Shown here: piece after piece, positions 48,065 through 53,165 of the stretch
Position numbering within the stretch: the stretch's first letter is position 1
Layout: every line of letters begins with the position of its first letter
IMG/VR virus record: IMGVR_UViG_3300032225_001816
Span: 1 to 53,165 of that record
Reading direction: 5' to 3' (one strand)
DNA length: 53,165 nucleotides
Source of the DNA: a virus
Taxonomy: Duplodnaviria; Caudoviricetes
Made by a program: the position numbers and the translations under genes
Notes under the pieces: generated by a model
The model's database searches: none
Told to the model about the DNA's origin: nothing
Seen by the model: the letters and a program-made list of their open reading frames with translations, nothing else

Positions 48065-48259
48065 ATGAAAATAGAATTCGTTAAAGAAACAAAAGCAGAT
48101 GGTGATATATTATATTACACTAATGTTGATGGGAAATTTGCTGATAAAAGTTTATCATTTAGTATAGATAAAGCAAAAACAATATATAATAATATTGTAA
48201 ATAATAAGGGTAAATATACTAGTACCGAAATACTCGAGTCAGTTGAAGTGGCAGAGTAA
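48065..48259 (+). CDS. Hypothetical protein
   Basis: ORF between motifs. Confidence 0.6.
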   Translation: MKIEFVKETKADGDILYYTNVDGKFADKSLSFSIDKAKTIYNNIVNNKGKYTSTEILESVEVAE

Positions 48260-48295
48260 TATTTATATATTCACATTAACCAAAAATTAATAAAC

Positions 48296-48751
48296 ATGGG
48301 AACAGTAATTGACTACATCGAATGTCCAAACTGCGGACACGAAGCTTACAGCGATTTTTACTACAAAACAGGTGAACAATACGTTAACTGTCAGAATTGC
48401 GGTTACCACTACTCAGCCACATATAAAACGGATGGTAATGGTGAATATGTTACTAAAGACGGAACTGATAACTACACATTTGATAATCTGATAATGGAGA
48501 CAAATGAATTAAAGAACCCATACGGTGCCTATCGACTCAAGTATCATGATTCAGTTGGATATGAATGTGGTTCATTAGAAAATGAACAGAATTGTGTAGA
48601 GTTATTAGCAGAAGTAAGAGAACTGAATAATGTAGAATACTTTGGTATTAATCGTTTCGTTAATGGTGAAATAGTAACTATGGATGTTATTGATAATGGA
48701 CCAAAAGTAGACGGAGCAGGATTTAGTGTAGAAGATAGAGTGGCAGAATAG
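48296..48751 (+). CDS. Zn-ribbon hypothetical protein with DGAGFSxEDR tail
   Basis: CPNCG..CQNCG. Confidence 0.65.
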   Translation: MGTVIDYIECPNCGHEAYSDFYYKTGEQYVNCQNCGYHYSATYKTDGNGEYVTKDGTDNYTFDNLIMETNELKNPYGAYRLKYHDSVGYECGSLENEQNCVELLAEVRELNNVEYFGINRFVNGEIVTMDVIDNGPKVDGAGFSVEDRVAE

Positions 48752-48802
48752 CAGTCGTATATTCACATCACAAAACAATACGTATATACTAAATTAAATA
48801 TT

Positions 48803-49033
48803 ATGGCAATTTACGGAGACGGTAAACACAACGAAAATATGGAATACACACCTAATACAAGCGAATCAGAAATGATATTTTGGAAAGATGGCGATTACGA
48901 TGCAGAAGGTGGTTATTTCGTTAGAAGCGAACTAAAAACATTCATTAATAAACTAATTGAAGCAGGACACAAACCAGTAGGCATTAAGATTGATTTAGAT
49001 TCGTTCAATATAGAAGTATTTGTAGAAATGTAA
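48803..49033 (+). CDS. Hypothetical protein
   Basis: ORF between motifs. Confidence 0.6.
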   Translation: MAIYGDGKHNENMEYTPNTSESEMIFWKDGDYDAEGGYFVRSELKTFINKLIEAGHKPVGIKIDLDSFNIEVFVEM

Positions 49034-49082
49034 GTTGGCAAAGTAATAAGCGTATATTCATTCAAACCAAAAATAAACAGTT

Positions 49083-49268
49083 ATGAATAGTATTGACCAA
49101 TTAAGAGAATTATTAGAACAAGCATCCGCTATTTGCGAAGACAATCTGTATAAGGCAGAAAATATCGATTTACATTCAATGATGGAGACATTAGACGAAT
49201 TTATTGATGAATTAAATGCAGCAGAAAACTTTGAAGTGTATAATGATGAAGTAGATGATTATGAGTAA
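49083..49268 (+). CDS. Small acidic hypothetical protein
   Basis: ORF flanked by an exact 25-bp direct repeat GGCAAAGTAATAAGCGTATATTCAT. Confidence 0.6.
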   Translation: MNSIDQLRELLEQASAICEDNLYKAENIDLHSMMETLDEFIDELNAAENFEVYNDEVDDYE

Positions 49269-49312
49269 GGCAAAGTAATAAGCGTATATTCATGTTAACC
49301 AAATAAATAATC

Positions 49313-49507
49313 ATGGACCAATCAAAAGTACAACAAGTAATCGAAACGCTACGTGAAATAGAAGTAGACGGCGAAACAATGCAACACATATTGGAAGAGG
49401 TAGATATGGAGTGGCAAATGTTAAGACAACTAATGTTATCAATGCCTATCGAACAAATTAAATATCTAATGGAAGAACGAGAAGATTTGTTCGGCAAGGG
49501 ATTTTAA
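49313..49507 (+). CDS. Hypothetical protein
   Basis: ORF between motifs. Confidence 0.6.
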   Translation: MDQSKVQQVIETLREIEVDGETMQHILEEVDMEWQMLRQLMLSMPIEQIKYLMEEREDLFGKGF

Positions 49508-49538
49508 CTAAATTCACATTAACCAAAAAATAAACACA

Positions 49539-49787
49539 ATGGTATCAGCAGGTCAAATTCTAAAAGCAGTTATTAACAGCGAACACGGTTGGGCTGTAGC
49601 AGAACAATTCGAAGATACGTTCAATGGCGAATCATTTGAAGAACAAAACATGAACGCATTGGGTTATATCAAAAATTGTTTGAAATATGATGTGATAAAT
49701 AGTGGTGTGTTTAATGATGAAGCGATGGAGGAAATAAATGAATACTACGATAAATTAGTAAAGTACTTAGAAGAGGCAGGACAGTAG
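49539..49787 (+). CDS. Hypothetical protein
   Basis: ORF between motifs. Confidence 0.6.
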   Translation: MVSAGQILKAVINSEHGWAVAEQFEDTFNGESFEEQNMNALGYIKNCLKYDVINSGVFNDEAMEEINEYYDKLVKYLEEAGQ

Positions 49788-49822
49788 TCGTAGATTTATG
49801 TTAACCAAAAAATAATAAAGTT

Positions 49823-50104
49823 ATGAGATTAAAAATGAGCGATTACGAAGCAATGAGCACCGAAGATTTGCGTGCAATGAACAAAATGATTGTTGAAATA
49901 ATTAGAGGTAGACAGAGAGATAAAATCGAAGATATCAAGGACCAAATCAGGGTCGGTTCTAAAGTGATAGTAAATCACGCTAGAACGCAAGGTGAAGTGT
50001 TTATCATTACAGAAATTAGACGCAAACGCGCTACAGTTAAGAGTCAATATGGTAGTTCACTTAATGTGCCGATTGCGTTAGTATCGCTTTATTCGGCAAA
50101 GTAA
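49823..50104 (+). CDS. Hypothetical protein, possible KOW/SH3-like C-terminal domain
   Basis: IRVGSKVIV...ITEIRRKRATV. Confidence 0.55.
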   Translation: MRLKMSDYEAMSTEDLRAMNKMIVEIIRGRQRDKIEDIKDQIRVGSKVIVNHARTQGEVFIITEIRRKRATVKSQYGSSLNVPIALVSLYSAK

Positions 50105-50170
50105 GGATTGTACATTTATTACGCACGATTGCATGATGCAATATAGTGTATTAAAACCAAAAATTAAAAC

Positions 50171-50473
50171 ATGCGTAAAACAGAAAAATCAATCAGAGGT
50201 ACATCATTTCACGACACAATTATTCATACAACAGTACACACACTGAGAAAAATAATGGGTAAACCATTATACATTAGTAATGATGGTACAGGTAAAACGA
50301 ATTATCAATGGGTAATGGAGACAAATAATGGTGATGTTTTTTGTGTGTATGATTATAAAGAGTATAAAGTATTGGACGAACACGAAATAATTGAGTTTCA
50401 TATTGGTGGTCATAATAAAGCCGTGACAGACCAAGCTAAGGATGAATTGTACGAGGCATTAGCGAATAGTTAG
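50171..50473 (+). CDS. Hypothetical protein
   Basis: GKTNYQW...VYDYK...FHIGG. Confidence 0.65.
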   Translation: MRKTEKSIRGTSFHDTIIHTTVHTLRKIMGKPLYISNDGTGKTNYQWVMETNNGDVFCVYDYKEYKVLDEHEIIEFHIGGHNKAVTDQAKDELYEALANS

Positions 50474-50542
50474 TAGTTTTTTTGTACAACATTTTTTTGT
50501 CACAATTTTTTACATACATTCACATTAACCAAATAATTTTTT

Positions 50543-50725
50543 ATGCCAAAATTTACAATAACAGAAACAGTACCTTGTGTTCAAATATGGACATATGAAG
50601 TAGAAGCCACTAATCAATCCGAAGCATTATTAATGGTTATAAATGGTAAAGTCGAAGCAACAGATACAATCGTGGATGAATATGATTATGACGAAACACA
50701 ATATGATATAGAGGATAGTGAGTAG
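50543..50725 (+). CDS. Hypothetical protein
   Basis: YEVEATNQSEAL. Confidence 0.55.
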   Translation: MPKFTITETVPCVQIWTYEVEATNQSEALLMVINGKVEATDTIVDEYDYDETQYDIEDSE

Positions 50726-50776
50726 TTTTTTTGTGCACAATTTTTTACATAAATTTAATTAACCAAATAATTTTTT

Positions 50777-51127
50777 ATGCCAAACATGAGTTACTGCCGT
50801 TTCGAAAACACATACAAAGATTTGTTACAATGCTTAAGCGCTATGAATGATGAATTAAGCGAAGATGAACAAGCATATAAACGCCGTTTAGTTGATGTTT
50901 GTAAAGAAATCATTGAAGAATATGAACTGAATAAAATAAGTGATAATGTGTGGGGTGATGATGAATGGGGATTTGATATAGTAGAATTGGAACGTGGCGA
51001 AGAAGAACCTGAATATGACGGAGCAGGGTTTAGTGAAGAAGATAGGATAGTGAATGGAGAATATAGGATAATAGATACTCAGAATAATAATAACGACGAT
51101 ATACCATGGGATACTCAGACAAGATAA
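50777..51127 (+). CDS. Acidic hypothetical phage protein with DGAGFSxEDR motif
   Basis: MPNMSYCRFENT N-terminus. Confidence 0.65.
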   Translation: MPNMSYCRFENTYKDLLQCLSAMNDELSEDEQAYKRRLVDVCKEIIEEYELNKISDNVWGDDEWGFDIVELERGEEEPEYDGAGFSEEDRIVNGEYRIIDTQNNNNDDIPWDTQTR

Positions 51128-51363
51128 GAGTTGTATGGCAAGGTTTTTTGTGTAAATTTATTTCAATCAAAACATAATATATGCAATACGTAGCCGGATT
51201 AGTAATAGTTTTTTTGTTCGTCGTTTGTATATACGGCCTAATAGATGTAATAATACAAATAAATAAAATGGATTAATATGAATACATTTTGGGTTATATA
51301 TTATGGGCTAATTTGTATAATAGGACTATATGTTGCGATTAAACAATTAAAAAATAAATAACA

Positions 51364-51567
51364 ATGAATATAGAAATAGTACAATCGATACAAACGGCGG
51401 CTAATATAGTTGGATGGTTTTTTTTAGTTGCGTCGTGGATAGTACCGAGTTTTTTTAAGCAAGATAAACATAAGGGACATACGTTAGGAATATCATTTGC
51501 TATAACAGCAATTGTGTTTTGTTTATTAGCTCTTGGTATTGGAGTTGGTTTGTGGGCGACGAGATAG
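51364..51567 (+). CDS. Small two-TM membrane protein
   Basis: Two hydrophobic segments. Confidence 0.5.
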   Translation: MNIEIVQSIQTAANIVGWFFLVASWIVPSFFKQDKHKGHTLGISFAITAIVFCLLALGIGVGLWATR

Positions 51568-51851
51568 TAGTTTTTTTGCGCCTTTACTGCGCTTATATGC
51601 GGTTTTTTTGTATAAGGTATAGATTGGTTTATGTATTAAATGGGTGTCAAACGTAAACGCATCTATAATATAGTCCGGTCTATGATATAGACCATATATA
51701 TGAACCGCCATGTATGTGGAATGATGTGAATGTAGGTGGTATGATTAGTGGTGATGAATTTGTTTTTGCCCTGCCCCACCACGTTTCTTTTTTATAAAGC
51801 ATTTTTTTAGGCACAACTCATATCATAGATTTAAGTATAAAATTAAAAGTT

Positions 51852-52061
51852 ATGGTGTTACTTTGGTCATCTGTCGACACATGGACATACGACGACACAA
51901 ATGGTTTAGCAATGCTTGTAGTTTTTTTTGTGGTGTTTTTATTAAGAGACACATCACCATTGTTACGAACTGTCTGGGATATAATGAAATTAATTATATT
52001 TGTTATATTAGTAATTACCACAGCAGGACTTGCAATTAAGTGGTTGAAGAAAATATTTTAA
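51852..52061 (+). CDS. Small membrane protein
   Basis: Two hydrophobic segments; between motifs. Confidence 0.5.
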   Translation: MVLLWSSVDTWTYDDTNGLAMLVVFFVVFLLRDTSPLLRTVWDIMKLIIFVILVITTAGLAIKWLKKIF

Positions 52062-52106
52062 TGGCAAAGTTTTTTTTGTATATTTACATCAACCAAATAA
52101 ATAAAA

Positions 52107-52358
52107 ATGAGTAAAAAATTAAAAATAAAACCACAACGCGGCGTCACGTATGAGTGTTATATGGGCTTCACCGACATAACAGACACTAGAGCGCGTCGCG
52201 GCAGACGATATGTTTTTTTAGCGGATAGTTTTAGAGATGACTGGTTTATGTTTCCAGCGAGCAATAGGGGGGTGGCGGTGATGGTACCGAAGGAAAAGTT
52301 TGCGTCGCACTTCATACCACTAAACCCACTCGACGCACATTATCTACCCAACGATTAG
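52107..52358 (+). CDS. Hypothetical basic protein
   Basis: ORF after a motif. Confidence 0.5.
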   Translation: MSKKLKIKPQRGVTYECYMGFTDITDTRARRGRRYVFLADSFRDDWFMFPASNRGVAVMVPKEKFASHFIPLNPLDAHYLPND

Positions 52359-52522
52359 ATTATTTTTTGGTTAATATAACGGGATGAGTCAAAGCTAGAG
52401 CGCACAAGTTTCGCTCCGCACCGACTCGCCCGTTTTTTTATGCGCGCGCGTAAGAAATCTTAAGCAGCCTACCTCTGATCTCTCCAGGTATTGGTGTTTT
52501 ACCCGCCCGCAAACTCGCAACA

Positions 52523-52546
52523 TGAATATACGTGAATTATTTTGCC
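52523..52546 (-). promoter_or_regulatory. Minus-strand copy of the GGCA-N12-TATATTCA motif (divergent from the copy at 52564)
   Basis: Reverse complement reads GGCA-aaataattcacg-TATATTCA. Confidence 0.7.
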
Positions 52547-52605
52547 CAACACATTTTTTGCCCGGCACAATTGTGTTTATATATTCACGATATAAAAATT
52601 AAAAT

Positions 52606-53165
52606 ATGAAAGTAAACGAACGAGATTGGATGATGGGTGAACACAAAATAGGCACCCAGCTTTTTTATACAGACGTTGAGCCAGAATTGGTTGCAACGGT
52701 CCCCGGCACCCGTGTTTTACCAGCGGTGTTTTTTTATGAAAAGAGCGTACGGTGTGAGTTACTCAAACGTTGGGAACCAGGCGAATACCGTCTGATGCCC
52801 AATGGTGGATTTGAGGTGTGGGTTGAAGATGGTGGACGAAGATATTTTGAGCTGGACCAGGTAATCGTACACCCACTAGTTATTAAGCACCAGAAGTCAC
52901 TAGATAAGATGAAGCGTAAGGCTGAGAAGGAGCAAGCGAAGCGTGATCGCCAATATAATAAAGCGAAGCGTGAGGCTCAAAAATCAAACGGTACAGGTAA
53001 GCGAGGTAGACGTCCACTAGATCCAGCTGAGAAGACTCGTCGTGAGCAGGAAAAGTCCGCGCGCGCGATTAAATCCGGGGGTAAGAGGGGACGTCCGAAG
53101 AGTGAGACGGTTTCAACACCCAAGACACCCAAGAGCCCCACGGGCGGTAAGCGTGGGAGACGTCC
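52606..53165 (+). CDS. Basic protein with repeated AT-hook-like motifs, truncated by the window end
   Basis: Hand-translated open frame MKVNERDW...GKRGRRP...GKRGRPK...GKRGRR. Confidence 0.7.
   Translation, partial: MKVNERDWMMGEHKIGTQLFYTDVEPELVATVPGTRVLPAVFFYEKSVRCELLKRWEPGEYRLMPNGGFEVWVEDGGRRYFELDQVIVHPLVIKHQKSLDKMKRKAEKEQAKRDRQYNKAKREAQKSNGTGKRGRRPLDPAEKTRREQEKSARAIKSGGKRGRPKSETVSTPKTPKSPTGGKRGRR

Larger units (their letters stand above)
40683..52587 (+). promoter_or_regulatory. Array of GGCA-N12-TAnnTTYA putative early promoters
   Basis: Copies start at 40683, 41544, 41997, 42828, 45105, 45546, 46399, 46634, 47076, 47456, 48023, 48250, 48742, 49037, 49269, 49493, 49775, 50095, 50499 (GTCA), 50734 (TGCA), 51137, 51810, 52063, 52564; further copies at 2252 (TGCA), 25173 (N11), 28119, 29816, 30902. 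Confidence 0.8.

Noticed and set aside
40683-52587. Repeated motif as a CRISPR array or integron attC sites
   Set aside because: Repeats are degenerate, separated by whole genes of variable length and lack attC-type palindromic ends; no cas1/cas2 or integrase in the window
40683-52587. GGCA motif as a sigma54 promoter
   Set aside because: It resembles the -24 TGGCAC box, but there is no TTGC at the -12 position; the conserved downstream box is TAnnTTYA
1-53165. Stop-codon reassignment as seen in some large phages
   Set aside because: Genes are full length and tile tightly with TAA, TAG and TGA all acting as stops; no suppressor tRNA seen
1-53165. Bacterial chromosome rather than phage
   Set aside because: T4-like clamp loader subunits, endolysin, single-strand dense small ORFs, CCA-less tRNAs and no housekeeping operons point to a phage, although no capsid or terminase gene is in this window

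Overview
This is a segment of a large, AT-rich, T4-like/jumbo-type dsDNA phage. Nearly everything is on the + strand, and the ORFs tile under the standard genetic code. The host is very likely Bacteroidota: the window has T9SS sorting domains, a DUF4494-like gene, A/T-rich leaders without Shine-Dalgarno sites and promoters resembling the Bacteroidota -7 element. From left to right: (1) sliding-clamp end, groES/groEL, clamp-loader subunits and a PD-(D/E)XK nuclease; (2) a ~17 kb glycosylation locus with several glycosyltransferases and a nonulosonic-acid-type pathway plus formyl, acetyl, methyl and oxygenase tailoring enzymes; (3) ClpP, tRNA-Leu/Gln/Glu, a tRNA-like RNA, a tmRNA with a 26-codon tag, and a gene enclosed by a perfect 18-bp inverted repeat; (4) a GH108 endolysin and a duplicated small membrane protein; (5) a cassette of signal-peptide proteins carrying T9SS C-terminal domains (including a PL6 polysaccharide lyase), followed by an L,D-transpeptidase-family protein and a PD40+OmpA (PorE-like) protein; (6) a ~12 kb array of small genes, most preceded by a GGCA-N12-TAnnTTYA motif that often overlaps the previous stop codon or a hairpin. 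All family assignments come from motif recognition by eye, with no database searches.
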